A DNA stretch of 64,000 bases from Octopus sinensis (taxonomy: Eukaryota), in the NCBI RefSeq assembly GCF_006345805.1, contig NC_042999.1:29512001-29576000 (forward strand). Direction: 5' to 3'. Shown here piece by piece: positions 40,450 to 54,563 of the stretch. The position numbers and the translations under genes are program-made. Under the pieces are notes generated by a model. The model was not told the origin of the DNA. It was given only the letters and a program-made list of their open reading frames with translations, and did no database searches. How positions within the stretch are numbered: the first letter of the stretch is position 1; each line of letters starts with the position of its first letter.

Positions 40450-41485
40450 CACTGTGATCTAGTTTTGGATACAACATGAAATAGATGAATATTCTGAAAT
40501 TATACCGATATATATATTTTTGCTACGTCTGTGCCACAGGCTCAAAGACGCAATATTAATAACTTTGTCAAGATGTATCTTGCTTATTTTAAAGTAACAC
40601 TTGAGGACAGTGACAACACGTGTGATGGAGCAATTCATCAAAGCTCCTGATCACAGCGGAAACTGCTGCATATATATATATATATGAATCACAACTCCAA
40701 GTCTCAGTGACGAGACGGCAGGAATATTTGAGGGCCCTCAAATAAGAACACTCCTCAGGGATCCAAATTTTGTGAAAAAATGAGTGCGGAGGAAGCTAGA
40801 AATTGGAATGCTTTCTATGAGGCAGTGCAGGCTTTCTTCTGGAAATGGGGAAGCTAACAACTATCAACAGATTGTGCAAAATCTGCTCTTGATTTTGCTT
40901 GGATGAAGAATGTGCGTTAAATTGCATTACTTACATAGTTACTTGGATGAGTTTCCAGAAAACATGGGTGATGTTAACGAAGAGGTGAACACTTTCCTTA
41001 AGATGTACAAATAATGGAAGACGCTAGCAAGGCCGATGGGACTTAAACATGATGTGAGATTACTGCAGGAACTTGAGAGATATCCCAGAAGCTGTGCATA
41101 AAAGATCCTCAAAAACGAGTAAGTTCTTGCTGTAATATGATCACAATATTTGACAAAAATCAATAGAAATTTTCTATTCGTCTTTCAGTATAACCAAGCT
41201 TATTTCGTACATGCTGATATGTATTTACTCCAAACATTTTGTGTTTTGATTTATTTGAAATAAAAAGAAAACATGCCGTCTATTAAATATTACATCTACG
41301 TATGTTTATTTCTTTCTTTATGAGTATTAAATAGCAGTTTATAGCAAAATTAAAGATTTAATATCTCAAAAATCTTATGTGATAGACAAAACTCTCATGC
41401 CATATTTGTATTCAGCACCATAGGATTAGCTAACGAACAATGATAAAACCTGTGGTGTCCGCCACTCGTATTATTGCACTCATTG
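40450..41485 (+). mobile_element. Internally deleted Chapaev3-like (CMC superfamily) DNA transposon
   Basis: 40620-41135 reads MEQFIKA..., AGIFEGPQIRTLLRDPNF, NYQQIVQNLL, MCVKLHYLHSYLDEFPENMGDVNEE and QGRWDLNMM*DYC. Left terminus is CACTG. The family assignment rests on recalled motif similarity. Confidence 0.7.
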
Positions 41486-41499
41486 AATGAATATGATAA

Positions 41500-41682
41500 G
41501 GAGCGAGCAAATATGCAAAGCAAATTACTTCACGCATGTTCACGTGATGTTGTAGATTGGTGATATTCTGTCTACCGTGGTTGTGTACTAAATTCAAATC
41601 CCAACAAGGACCTCAGACACTATTTTTTACAATATGCATGCAGTTCCACTTAATGTTAATTTTTGCAGTACAGGAAGGTTAT
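41500..41682 (-). mobile_element. Extreme 3' fragment of a REL-type LINE
   Basis: Minus strand reads LQKLTLSGTACIL*KIV, compared with the consensus LQKxxLLGTAHILRKVL. Confidence 0.55.
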
Positions 41683-41692
41683 TAGTATCATC

Positions 41693-41772
<80 letters not shown>

Positions 41773-41793
41773 CATTATTATTATTATTATTAT

Positions 41794-42613
41794 TCAGTAG
41801 TTTTATTTTTATAGCGTGCTTTCACTTCACTACCGAGCGCAGCTCTGTGTGCCTTGGGTATGTGCTGTGATTTGTTGTGATGCTCTGATGGTTATTGTAT
41901 GGAAAATGTTCTGCGTAGGATGTGTGCAGTGCCTAGTAGTGCAATTTTCTGTATGTTATATGTGTTTGTAAGTCCTGGTGTTTTTGTTATGTATTTGTCT
42001 GAATATTTTTTTATCATGCCTAATGCACCTACTATGATAGGAATTGTTTCTGTTTTCAGTTTCCACATTCTAGTTACCCTCTATTTCCAGGTCTTTGGTA
42101 TTTTGAGAGTTTCTCCATTTCTTTTAGAGACACGTTGTCATCTGCCGGTATTGATACATCATTAGAAAGCATTTTTTTCTTCATGATCTCTGACAACTAT
42201 ATCTGGTCTGTTGGCTTAATTTCTCTATATGTGTGTATCGGCATATCCCAGAGTATGGTTGCTTTCTCGTTTTCTGTGACCTTTTCTGGTGTGTGCCTAT
42301 ACCATCTTTTTTCTGTTGTTATTCCATAATGTTGGCATATCTTCCAATGTATGTAGGTTCCAACTCTGTCATGTCTGTGAATATATTCCTTCTTAGCCAG
42401 GACTGGGCAGCTAGAGATAATATGATTTATTGTTTCTTGTCCATCTCCATATATTCTGCAGTTACTTGTAATATTTCTTTTCATTACATGTTTTTGGTAA
42501 TTTCTGGTGGGGAGGCTTTGGTCTTGTGCTGCAATTAAAAATCCCTCTGTTTCTGCTTTGAGTCCTGAGCTTCTCAACCATTGCTGGGATTTTTCTTTGT
42601 CTATTTCTTTTGC

Positions 42614-42614
<1 letters not shown>
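41794..42614 (-). mobile_element. Relatively young 5'-truncated R4/Dong-like LINE, flanked on both sides by (AAT)n
   Basis: ORF 42197..42577 reads GLKAETEGFLIAAQDQSLPTRNYQK...CRIYG..ETINHIISSCPVLAKKEYIHRHD...ILWD, followed by IPIIVGALG and ALGTAHILRR. The 3' UTR runs into (AAT)n. Confidence 0.92.
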
Positions 42615-42656
<42 letters not shown>

Positions 42657-42715
42657 TATTATTATTATATTATTATTATCATTATTATTATTATTATTAA
42701 TTATTATTATTATTA

Positions 42716-42832
<117 letters not shown>

Positions 42833-42844
42833 GGTAATAATAAT

Positions 42845-43020
42845 GGGAGTAATGCATGCCATCGAAGTGACACGGATAAAAATATACGAATCCCAGCATA
42901 TCCATCTAGACTCCGAGTCTGATAAGGGTACACATGCATCACACTCACATGCGTGCGACATGCTGATAGGGTTAAGTTAGAATGTTTTCTGGTCAAGTAG
43001 CCTATTCCGCTCAAAAGTTG
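42845..43020 (-). mobile_element. 3' tail fragment of a non-LTR retroelement or SINE ending in (AAT)n; related fragment at 63150-63250 (+)
   Basis: The two loci share catgtcgc.c.cat.tg..tgtgatg...gtgtacc.ttatc.gact...gatgg.tat.ctggg.ttc. Confidence 0.5.
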
Positions 43021-43059
43021 AATCATTAACGTTATCATTATAATTATTTTTTTACATTA

Positions 43060-43310
43060 GCATCTTCTTTCGATTCTTCTTCTTCTTCTTCTTCTTCTTC
43101 TTCTTCTTCTTCTTCTTCTTCTTCTTCTTCTTCTTCTTCTGCTTCTTCTTTTTCTTCTTCTTTTTCTTTGTCTTTTTCTTTTCTTGTTTTTTTCTTCGTT
43201 TCTTCTTTCTTCTTCTTCTTCTTCTTTTCTTCGTTTTCTTCTTCGTTTCTTCTTCTTCTTCTTCTCTGTCTTCTTTATCTTTTCTTCTTTTCTTCTCCTT
43301 CCTCTTATTA
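43060..43310. repeat. (TTC)n and degenerate polypyrimidine tract
   Basis: Directly visible. Confidence 0.95.
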
Positions 43311-43774
43311 TTTGAAGATGAATAAAAAGAAGTTACAAATGGAAAATTAAATGCTGTAACATACAAAGGAATCTATTTTGGATATATACTGGAGTAACTT
43401 CATAATGTAATACAATGAACCAATAGTTGAAATTATATGAATTTTGAACAACTCTGTCTGTTTAATTGGATATTCGGGGCAAATGTACGATAGATCTGAA
43501 TAAAATATATAGAGAAAAAAGAAGCGTTTTGCCTTGTTGAAAATGAACGTTGTAATTTATGTAGATTCAGACAAATACTCTACACCACTATGCACATTAT
43601 GATGGGGATCTCATTTCCTGCAGACAGTAATGTAAACTATAAAACATTCACATCCAATGATTGAAATAACTAATAGCAACTTGTTTAATTGCATCCGTAG
43701 TATTTTTTGCAGATGCATAATGAGAGATAAATATATAAAAGTATAAGGAAATGTTCTCATCTAAAAAGACATAT

Positions 43775-44290
43775 ATAAGGTGTCACTCGAAAGGTGAATA
43801 CCTTTTCAAAATATGTAGTGAAGGCAAAAAGCAACGTGTAATATACACTTATATTTAGAGAAAATCCAGTACTAAAAACATTCAGGTCTAGATTGAAACA
43901 TATACAACTTCTATGACTGCAAGTGACTATATATGCTGATACAGGACCGACAGCTCCTGTTGCAGAAAAGTGAAAGAATAATGTCTATGACTTGCACGTC
44001 GAAACTCCTGCTCCAAGCCCCGTCTAAATCGCGGATTTCATAATTGCGGATTAATAATCAAACGAATACGTGTCACATGTATACTTTCAAGTTAATTTTA
44101 TGTACATTTTCAATCATTCCACTTGTCCTCTCGGTGAACACCTCCTTTTGTTTCTCCTCGTGGCGCAATACATCTTTATGACCGCTGCAGTGATAAGAAT
44201 ATTCAAGCATGTCTTCACAAAGAACAGGACATTGAGGTTCCTATTGCATAATCAATATTTTAATGACGAGGTATTAGCATATTAATGCCA
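43775..44290 (-). mobile_element. Possible mariner 3'-end relic
   Basis: A TIR-like ta-taaggtgtcactcgaaaggtgaatacc is present, and minus-strand RCIAPRGE near 44150-44180 resembles the mariner C-terminus. Confidence 0.35.
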
Positions 44291-45640
44291 GCTATCGTTT
44301 CTCTACTTCCTTTCTCATTGAATATAATTGATTTCTGTTTGATATATTTAAGGATATATTTCCAGCTTACGTAGAATCAGCAACATTTTTGTGCAAGATT
44401 ACGAAACGACGTTTTATGAATGAGCCGAACGAATGCATTAGGTACAATGCATTTTCTCAATTTATACTATTAATACAACCATTTTCTGAGACAGTCAATG
44501 TGACCCTACCTCTTTCAATCTATCTAGTGACGCGTGTCAATATAGAAAGTAAGTGTTGCTGAACATTTCCTGTTCTTAAGGACATAGCGAAAGGCGTGTT
44601 TGGAGGCCAAATATTCCGAATACAGTTAGAAGGCTTAGAAAAAATAAGGGATCGCTGCAATGGGTGTGTGAATCTGAGACGGGAATATGTCCAATAAAAT
44701 TATAATTAACGTTACAGGAACGTTTCAGCAAATCCTGTATTTGGAATGTGTAATATGTGTAAAACCGGCAAATGGTTGCATTTTGTAATCTCATCTTAGA
44801 ATATGTAGCATTTAACAAGTCTCTGTGTACTGGAAAATTCTTGATGCATTACATGTCTTTCGCCTACAGTTATTTTGGACGCCAGAGAGTGTATTGATAT
44901 ACATTCAATTGATACGGGCCATAATTAGCCACAGCAAGTGAAATTGTGCACTGAAATAACTGTAATATTTAAACTTGTACGAGTAAGCCAGCGTTGAATA
45001 TATTGCGGTCGATGATTTGTCATATCTAGTCCAGATGGAAGTGTGTCCATATTGTATAGAGGGGTAACTGATAAAGAAATCAAAAAGGCATTATTCACTA
45101 TCCTTGATTTATACGAACCCGATAACAGAAAGATTTCATATGGCTGAACGAACAACACTTTAGCATTCAAGTTCACCTTCAGAAAGCACTTGATTAGAGT
45201 AAGTTATATACAGCAATATTTGGCAAATATTTTTCCAAAGAGTCCCCATATCTCCTTTCACATATTTAAATGTACAATATGCAATAGATTAAGTTGCTCA
45301 CATAAGGACTACTGTAGATACTAAGCAGGAAGTTAATATGAAGAACAAAGAGAAAACAGAAGTTTGCCATCTGTACCACTTTTTCACCGATAATTTTCAC
45401 AAGCAGGATTCTTTATGGCATTTCTTCCAGCAAGTGTTGAATTCCATATTTCCTTGTAGTGTCCAAGATCTGTATCATCGTCCTTATTCAAGACGGTAAT
45501 ATAGATGGAAAATCTGATAATATATTGAACATTTCTTGGTGTGCTTACTAGTAAAAACAGGACATGGAACGTATTTTTACTACAGCTTGATTCCGGCGTT
45601 TATATATTCGATCAAGAAATTCGCATAATACACACATATA

Positions 45641-45716
<76 letters not shown>

Positions 45717-46316
45717 AGAAGAGATAGCTCATCCTGATTTGTGCTATGCAGAGAGCAGGTTTGTTATTCTTGGACTTTGTGAAATATATTCGGAAATATT
45801 CAAATGCGTGCGAAATATTCATTACAGAGAATTTTGACATGCTTGAGTGCCTCTCTTAGAATATCTTGGAATTCAGAGAGTATTAAGGATTATAAATGGT
45901 AGACTGTCAGCAACCAGCATTAAGCATTCGAAAGGCTTTAAATTCATACAGGATTTTCTAATAGTAAGTACCTTTGTACAACGTTGAAACCCTTTTGGGG
46001 TTTCACGACAAGAAAACGTTTTGATTGAAATCAGTGGAGTTTCTCTGAAATAAATCAACTCAATGAAGCAAGCGTTTCCTCATCTTTTCTTTTATGCGGA
46101 AACTGTTGTCGGACTTAAGTACGTCGATTTAATTTGCATCATTACCAGAAGCTAAATAATCTCTCCGACTGCTAAGGAGAGAAAGCCAAAAACGCACACA
46201 CGCACACACACTCTCTTTCCCTCTTTCACACACATTCTCTCCCTCTCTTATCCCCCACTGTCGCACACACGCTAATATATGTGTATGTAGAAGTATATAT
46301 ATATATATATAATATA

Positions 46317-46354
<38 letters not shown>

Positions 46355-46384
46355 ATATATATATATATATATATATATAAATAT

Positions 46385-46554
46385 AGCGGTTCGTCACTTA
46401 GCGGTTCGGCAAAAGAGACCGATAGAATAAGTACTGGGCTTACAAAGAATAAGTACCGGGGTCGAGTTGCTCGACTAAAGGCGGTGCTCCAGCATGGCCG
46501 CAGTCAAATGACTGAAACAAGTAAAAGAGTAAAAAAAAAAAAAAAAAAAAGAGT
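46385..46554 (+). mobile_element. SINE family A, 3' half
   Basis: Reads cttagcggttcggcaaaagagaccgatagaataagtactggg...gactgaaacaagtaaaagag. Confidence 0.9.
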
Positions 46555-46589
<35 letters not shown>

Positions 46590-47950
46590 TGTATATATAT
46601 ATGTAATTATATACACATATTTAAATGTGTGTGTATGTTTGTGTGCTTGTGTGCATGTAAGTGTGTATGTGTGTGGTGTTTAATTGAGTGTCGATAGTTG
46701 CTCTGTTCATTGCAATTTAATAAATGATATATATTTGCGATAATTACAACGTGTTTAATCAGTACAATCATTATGCTAGGTTATAATTAGATGTTTGCTA
46801 TGCGAATACATGATTAGAATAAATAACACTAAAGCTTTATCTTCAAGTATTGCTATCCAGATTAATCACTTTAGCTTTGGCGATTGATATTTCTTCATTT
46901 TCTCACCAGGATTAATACATCTCAGAAGTATAATGCCTGTTAATTCTTCGCTGTCACATCATATACGATAACTAGACATACGTTTATTTGAGTTATAACT
47001 TCATTCATGGCTACTTTGTCATAATTAACAATATTTGTATAAACATAGCTTCTATGATGCTGATCCTGAAAATATAATGCCGAAGATTTGCTAAGCAGTT
47101 TGTGAAATATTATACCCATTTTCAAACACCATGATATTTGTTGTCATATTCTGCAATATATATTACAGCTTTAAAAGTTACATTGGAACGTATTGCTTAT
47201 ATATTTATTTAAGATATATTGTCAATTTGAATGGCAATATCCCATAATCATGTTATAGAACATAGTTGCATCTCTATATCGAGCTATGAATCCCTTTAAA
47301 GTAGCACCTACAGTTAAATTATCGTCCACTAAATCATATTTTAACTTTGTCTCTGATGATGCAACCACAAAGGAAATACTGGGGCACATGATCATTTCTA
47401 GGGCCACCTAATCTTATGGAGAAATGGATGTTATCCTTGAAATGGGTGGCTGATCCGAAGGACAGAGCCAAAGGCTGAGTAGGAGTTGGCTTCTTATGCC
47501 AAATTGTGAAATGAAAATGACTCTTTAAATCAACCGTTTTAGCTAACCCTTTATAAGCTGCAAAAAAATGTTCATACGCTTGAAAGATAGTTGAAGTAAT
47601 GACACTTTTACGGCTATTTAATATGCAAGAAAATTATGACCAATTCCAAACCTTCAGCAGCTCGAGTTTCCTCTACTTCAAACTGCCTAGTTAACGTAAC
47701 ATTTTCAACTTCCAGTATTAGTTCAAGTTGTTTTGAAATGTTCTTAAAACAGCCCTAAATCTAACACAATTAAAAGAAGTTAATACAACTTTTAGAAAGG
47801 AAACTATGTACATCATTCAACAAAGACGAGCTCAATCGTGCGTGTTCTGATACGTATTTGATAAACGTGCATTTTCTTATAGGTCTGGGGAATCAAATAT
47901 GATGAAAATAGGACGTGACATATTTTGATCTTGAAATTGTAATATTTTAC

Positions 47951-47988
<38 letters not shown>

Positions 47989-48156
47989 TATTCTCTTAAT
48001 TCTGTAATATATTGAAAGTATGCGAGAAAATGTATAATACAATGTGTAACGCCAATATGCTGTTCTTTGAAACATTTACTTTTGTGTTGGTCATCATTGT
48101 CAATCTTTTATACATTTGTGGGATATTTTATGTATGAATGGTAACTAGTTACAAGT

Positions 48157-48360
48157 TACAACACCATTACTACCATCAACACAACCATCATCACCACCAT
48201 CACTGCCGCATCCACCACCTCTACCACCACCTCCACCGCCGCTGACATCATCATCCTCATCATCATCCTCATCATCCTCATCCTCGTCATCATCATCATC
48301 ATCATCATCATCAACATTGTTGTCGTCATCGTCATTAGCAGCAGAAGCAGTAGCAGCAAC
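48157..48360. repeat. Degenerate (CAC)n/(CAT)n/(CAG)n tract
   Basis: Directly visible. Confidence 0.9.
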
Positions 48361-48609
48361 ATCTGCAGTGGTATAATAAATCTATCATATACTACTCTAT
48401 CCAGCACTGATGTTGTTTCGAGTTTTGGTGACAAATATTGTCCTCAGATTTAAAAAAAAAACTATCTAATGATTCATCCGGAATACAGAACGATATATTT
48501 CTGCAGATCTTCTCACTCTATAATCACATAGTTTTTCCTTTTAATTTTGACCTAAGAGTCTTATTGAGATTCTTCTCTGCAATCATACTTATTTTAATTG
48601 CTTCAATGT

Positions 48610-48930
48610 GAGGGCGCGTGACTTAGTGGTTAGGGCATTCGGCTCATGATCGTAAGATTGTGAGTTCGATTCCCGGCGACGCGTTGTGTCCTTGAGCAAG
48701 ACATTTTATTTCACGTTGCTCCAGTCCACTCAGCTGGCAAAAATGAGTTGTACTTGTATTTCAAAGGGTCAGCCTTGTCACTCTCTGTGTCACGCTGATT
48801 ATCCCCGAGAACTACGTTAAGGGTACACGTGTCTGTGGAATGATCAGCCATTTGCACGTTAATTTCACGAGCAAGCTGTTCCGTTGATCGTATCAGCTGG
48901 GACCCTCGTCGTCGTAACCGGCGGAGTCTT
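48610..48930 (+). mobile_element. tRNA-derived SINE family C, full length with a 12-bp TSD
   Basis: A box tgacttagtgg, B box gagttcgattcc and tgtgtccttgagcaagaca core are present. The TSD aattgcttcaat occurs at 48596-48607 and 48933-48944. Confidence 0.9.
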
Positions 48931-49759
48931 TAAATTGCTTCAATATATGGACAATATTTATAGAGAAATCTCATAAGCACTGTAATTTTTATGAACTATC
49001 AGAGCATCTAGATCATATTCATATAATTTTCTATCACTTTTAAAACAGACGCAGCTGACATTTTAAGGTAGGCTTCATACTGATACTTATACTCATTTAC
49101 TCTAAATGTATTAACTTTATAAGCTTAATACCTTAATCACTTCCCCACAGATTTATCTCTTTAATCTCTTAAGATTATCATTATAGACCTATATCAAATT
49201 CTTTCTGTTGACATACACATGAGTGGTCATAATGTGAAATTCAGTTTCTGGCATCGGGATTCCATCTCTCGAAAAAACTATTATCCTTTACAACCAAAAT
49301 ACGTTGTTTTTAAAAAATGAAATTGTCACGTAAGTCTATCCGTTTACAACTATTTGTTCTGTTGTTCTACTCTCTGGTCGTTAATCATTCTACTGTGTTT
49401 TTAATGTATTAGTAGATTGATTTTGGATATATCTATTTGTAGAAAGAATTCCTTACTAACTTTGTTCACCATAACTTGAAACACGATACTGGTGCTCGAA
49501 TGGTGATGGTTTCTTCATTCAACAAGTACCTTTCTTGGTACTGATATTAATTTTAGTTTGATAAATATACATTGAGAGTAGATTCTCAAATTATATCTAA
49601 TTCTTAGAGAACATTCTTCGCTCAGTTTTGAAATGGAAAAGAGCAACTGGTAGAATCCAAGTATTCATGATTTTCATGAATTAGGTCGATGTAATCAACT
49701 TACTTTTTCCAAAACTTGCTGTCGATATGGCTAACTTTGAACCCAATATTTATATTCGC

Positions 49760-51345
49760 TTCTTTTGGGCTGTTCTCCATTCATTTTTGCAATTTCTGAA
49801 ACGGCGGTTCTTCACTGATATAATGAAACTCTATGCTCAAAATATTTCACCAGATATTCCCTGCTGCTTTCGCAATTGTTATGTCATCATTTGATTTTAA
49901 TTCTTCTTGTTTCAACTTTGCACATTTTCCTTCCACTCTTTCTAAAGAGACAGTTTTGCTGATAATGTCATTTTTTTTTTTACTTTTGTCGGATAGTGCC
50001 TTCATTTTCATCACATCATTTCTTTAGCTAGATATAATCCTTTCCACTAATGAACTTTCTTTGTAGCTCATTCCTCCAATGTCTGCCTTTCACTAACTTC
50101 TTTTGAATTATTTAATTGGTTTTTCAGGATCGGTATTGAAATGTTCACTTGAATCAAATATCTCCATTTTCAACAAGTCTTTTCTCCGTTCTTCCTTGAC
50201 TTTTCATTCGAAGAATCCTTACTGAAAAATGAAGTCGTATACATGTGTTATAATTTGAAAATACTTTAGTTAAGAGCTTCTCCGGGTTGTTTTCGAATTT
50301 GAGTACGTTTTTTTTTTCGATGTCTTTCAAAGATAATAAGTTCTTTCTTTCTCTAATTTGTGTATGAATTAATAGTTGTTCTAAGCATTTTCATCTATTC
50401 TTCCATAGCTCTATTGGCGTTTCTGAACAATTTACTCTTAAACTTTGCAGCAGTAGTAGAATAAACTCCAGACCCGTTCTGCTGCATAGGGAGATACTTA
50501 ATTTCCAAGATACGTTTATTTGAGAGCCGGCATCATTAACACAGGTGTGAAGGTAGCGTTTATTTGACATTTCATTCATTATGAACTCACAAACAACTAT
50601 ATCTAGACATGATCGGTATAGAGGTGGTAGCCAACACGTGACAGTGAGTATTTTCATTACGTAAAACTACAGAGATTGTAATCAAGGCTATAACAAAGAA
50701 CACAGCTGAACAAGTATGTCCCTGGAATATGCTTCTTTTGATTGTAAACTTGGTTAAGTGCTGGTTGCTTGAATCCTTCATTCCTGCAAAATAATTTTGT
50801 CTGGCTACTAATATTCCTTGGACGAAACTTTGGGAAGTTACAATACAAAGCCTTTCCTTGCCACTCAAATAATCTTCTTTTATTCTGTTTCCTTTTCTGT
50901 TTCCGTGTGTTCTACTATGACTCGAGTAGCTCTTAATACAATCTATTGAAAATTAGCTACGTGGGAGGCTATATAATCTCTAGCTAATTCCACGTTACTT
51001 CTACTGATATTAACTTCGACCATCTTCCTCTCTATGTATGTATAATCTTGCTACTAATACTCTCCGGTGAAGGCGTCAATTCATATTGAATCGCTTCATA
51101 GATATTCTGTCTAGATTTGCTAATTCAAATTTTGACCAATCTACAAACGTTGCAAAATATCTAGTTTGTGATACTCATCAAGTATTTATAACAAACTTTA
51201 GCTTCATCACCCGTCGCATGTACTCTGCCAGATATTCTAGATACTCTACTTCATTCAATTATTTTAATGCCTGGCCATCTGGTAATTTGATGCCTTCACA
51301 GCTGAATACCAATTTGATATTTTTGTGGCTAATATTGCGCACTTA
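49760..51345 (-). pseudogene. Mosaic of decayed REL-type LINE fragments
   Basis: IKRSIFQGHTCSAVFFVIAL (RT motif QGDSLSPLLF) occurs at about 50680-50745. EGIKLPDG..., RYFATFVDWSKFELANLDR and RLYIHREEDGR occur at about 51010-51310. The fragments are out of canonical order. Confidence 0.6.
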
Positions 51346-52662
51346 CGTATGACTAATTATTTACTTGTATTTTTTCGAAACAATCTTACAGTTGATATTA
51401 AGGAATCTATTTCGTTCTATTCTTACTAAAACGCTTCAGACCATCCATGTAGAGCAAATGGATAATTTCTTTCTTTTTCATTTCAGAAATGGTAACCTGA
51501 CTTTGCCTTTCGTAACACTAAAGTGAGGGGGATATGACATGAGACGAATATTAAATGGGCTAATGTGTTTCATTGAAAAACACCTCACTTCATATTAACT
51601 TTCCTTAATACTGTATCACTAGAGTAGAGATCTACGTTCCATTTCTTCATGCTATAGGTAATAAAATCTCAGGTATCGTTTATTGAAAATTTATACAAAT
51701 CCTTTTCAAACGGCATAGATTACGATTATAAAGAAATTTATTGGGAAAATGTTTTCAAGGATATTCCTCATTTTCTTTACACAACAGTCTTCAAAATGAT
51801 GGAGTGTTTGGAGGTGGGGGTTGACATCTTTGTATGAAAACTTTTTGTAAATTCCTTTTTTTTACATCCCCTCCCTTGTCATCCTACTCCGGACCTATTT
51901 TGGCAAAGTTTGTTCTTTGCATTTGCAAATCATGGGAAGAGGATTTACGGTAAAATCTTCAATAAATTTTCTTAATATATTCATTGGGAAAGGGAGTGAT
52001 TTGAGAGCGATATGTCTGTTGTTTCTAGGATATCCAAAAACAAACCTCTTCGTTTCTTTATCACTTTTGCATGTAGTGATATTTTTGATTATTTTTACCT
52101 CATATAAACATTTATATGCTATAAAAAAGAAAATTTGAATAATTAGAGTAATTATGAATTTTATGAAACCCGACACTCTTCTCCAGATTGCTTCTGTTTA
52201 AAAGTTAAAATATTGGAGAAACTGAGAAGGTCATTGCTAGCATTTATTAACATTGATTAAAAAAAAAATACGAGATATACTTGCATTGCAAATGACTTGA
52301 TGTGAGAGGGTGTGCTGAAAAAGACATTTGAGCGTAGATGTTTGCAAGACTGTCAAGAACACAGAGCAACATTAGTTTCACGGCACTATTTAAATACAGA
52401 TGTTGGGATACATCTACGTAACAATATGAAGGGGAGTGATAGTTTTTAAGGTTACGGCTAGTTAAGGGACCTATGTATTCAAATAATGCCAGGTTCACTT
52501 CAACATTGAAATTTCATTTGTCTCAAAATATTTTCTTGGTTTTGAAAGCACAACCTTTTCACTGACAAGATTTCGCATAAGTAATGCAGCACGATGTTTT
52601 GTCAGCAAACACACACGCACACACATACATACAAACATACACACACACATGTCATTGCCTTT

Positions 52663-52697
<35 letters not shown>

Positions 52698-53306
52698 ACG
52701 TGTGCTCGAGTATGTCACTGTTGTAGTCGCCCGTGCAATTTTTTTGCGTATATATTGACTTAATGGTACAGAGTGTTTGGAAACTGAATACGGTTCAAAT
52801 TTCGAGTATTTGTCGGTAGCTTTTTTTCTCTGCCTCATATAGAGGATCTTCACACAGATATCCTGCGTTAAAAAAAGTATAAGGGTATTTTTAAAATTCT
52901 CACTCAATACATAATGAAATAAGTATACATTGCTACAATAATAAATAATAAATTACGCATACATTAATAGAATGAACTGTCGGTTTTCCAAATAGCGAAA
53001 GAAAACTTAAAACAGAAAGTCTGAGACTTTGCAAATGTGAATGGAATACTCTGTAGTGTATGCAATGAATATTCAAAGTTATGAATTGGACGCAGTGAAT
53101 CCAATGACTATTTCAAGTTACTAGAAATCGGAGTTAAAATAATTCAAGAAATTTCTGAATTTCTAAAAATATTTCAAGACGGTCACCCATTTAATGATTG
53201 CTTTGTTTTAGTACGTTTAATAATTGTTACAATCTAATTAATAAACAGCATTCTGCATTGTAGTATGCATTTATAGTAGTAGTAGTAGTAGCTGTAGTAG
53301 CTGTAT

Positions 53307-53338
<32 letters not shown>

Positions 53339-53798
53339 CCAGCTGCAGCTGTCATTGGTGTTATTTTCGTTGCTGCTGATGTTTTTAATGTGGTGGTGGA
53401 GATCTAGATATCGTTGGTGAAATAGTTTGAATTATTGACAATGCAAAGTGTGTATATAATAGTCACACAGATGTTTGTCTCACTTTCAGGAAATAATGTT
53501 TTTTTAAAATACATATGACTATATTCATACCTAAATAAGATGACTCTGATTTAATGGCGGTGCGAAATGTTCAGATATGTCGCAACAATACACACTATTG
53601 TTCAAAGGTCGTTTGCACTTTGTCATCTTTGGTTACTTCCGACATTTGGGTCGGGGCTTCCGTTGTAGCTTAATCAATATTGCGAACCTTTCGCTCTGGC
53701 ATTTCATACAGAATTTTGGTGACAGCTTGCATCGACTCTCCTTGTTGTGTTTGTGTTCTTCCATGACAGCAGGTGAGAAAATATTTTGGTGATTTACG

Positions 53799-53882
<84 letters not shown>

Positions 53883-53898
53883 CATATAAATATACTTG

Positions 53899-53973
<75 letters not shown>

Positions 53974-54525
53974 CTTTTACTGTACTATTTGGATGTTTTT
54001 CACCAGCTACACCTGTACATGATACAGATATTATAGAAGCTTTAATATTTCATCAGTATTGTTAGGGATTTCTTTCGTGTTTAACCGAGTATGGTTTTAA
54101 GATTGAATATCTGATGTAATTCATCATAAATCCTTATTTCATGCTGACAAAAAGAAAATGTCTAGAGAAGTTCCAACAACTTCACATTTTATGACTGCTA
54201 GCTTTACGAAGCGGTATTGTTGCTGATATTTGTAGACGTTACGACGTTGAGGCAATGGTGATGCCATGGGAATTTAGTTACTACATTTATGCTGAAGTAG
54301 CGTAGTGAAATGTGTAAGTTCTAGCATTTGTTTCCATTCCCAAATGCAATGGCATCGGAGGTGCATGCATTTGACATTACCTTTCGAAATTTTATGAGCT
54401 ATAACTAAGTGTGTAAGTATGAACGTATGTATGTATGTACATACGTACGTATATGTATGTATGTTTGCATCAATCTCTCTATACGATAATCCATATATCA
54501 ATATATATCTATATATATATATATC

Positions 54526-54563
<38 letters not shown>

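Noticed and set aside
44400-45600. Coding-like unique region with a CNMC...LILE motif
   Set aside because: No sustained ORF or credible splice structure. It is possibly a very old LINE relic but cannot be supported.
47345-47385. gtctCTGATGAtg possible hammerhead start
   Set aside because: There is no stem II and no downstream GAAAC/NUH with stem I complement.
48610-48680. tRNA gene
   Set aside because: A and B boxes are present, but the sequence continues into a SINE body with a TSD and lacks a proper acceptor stem. It is a SINE head.
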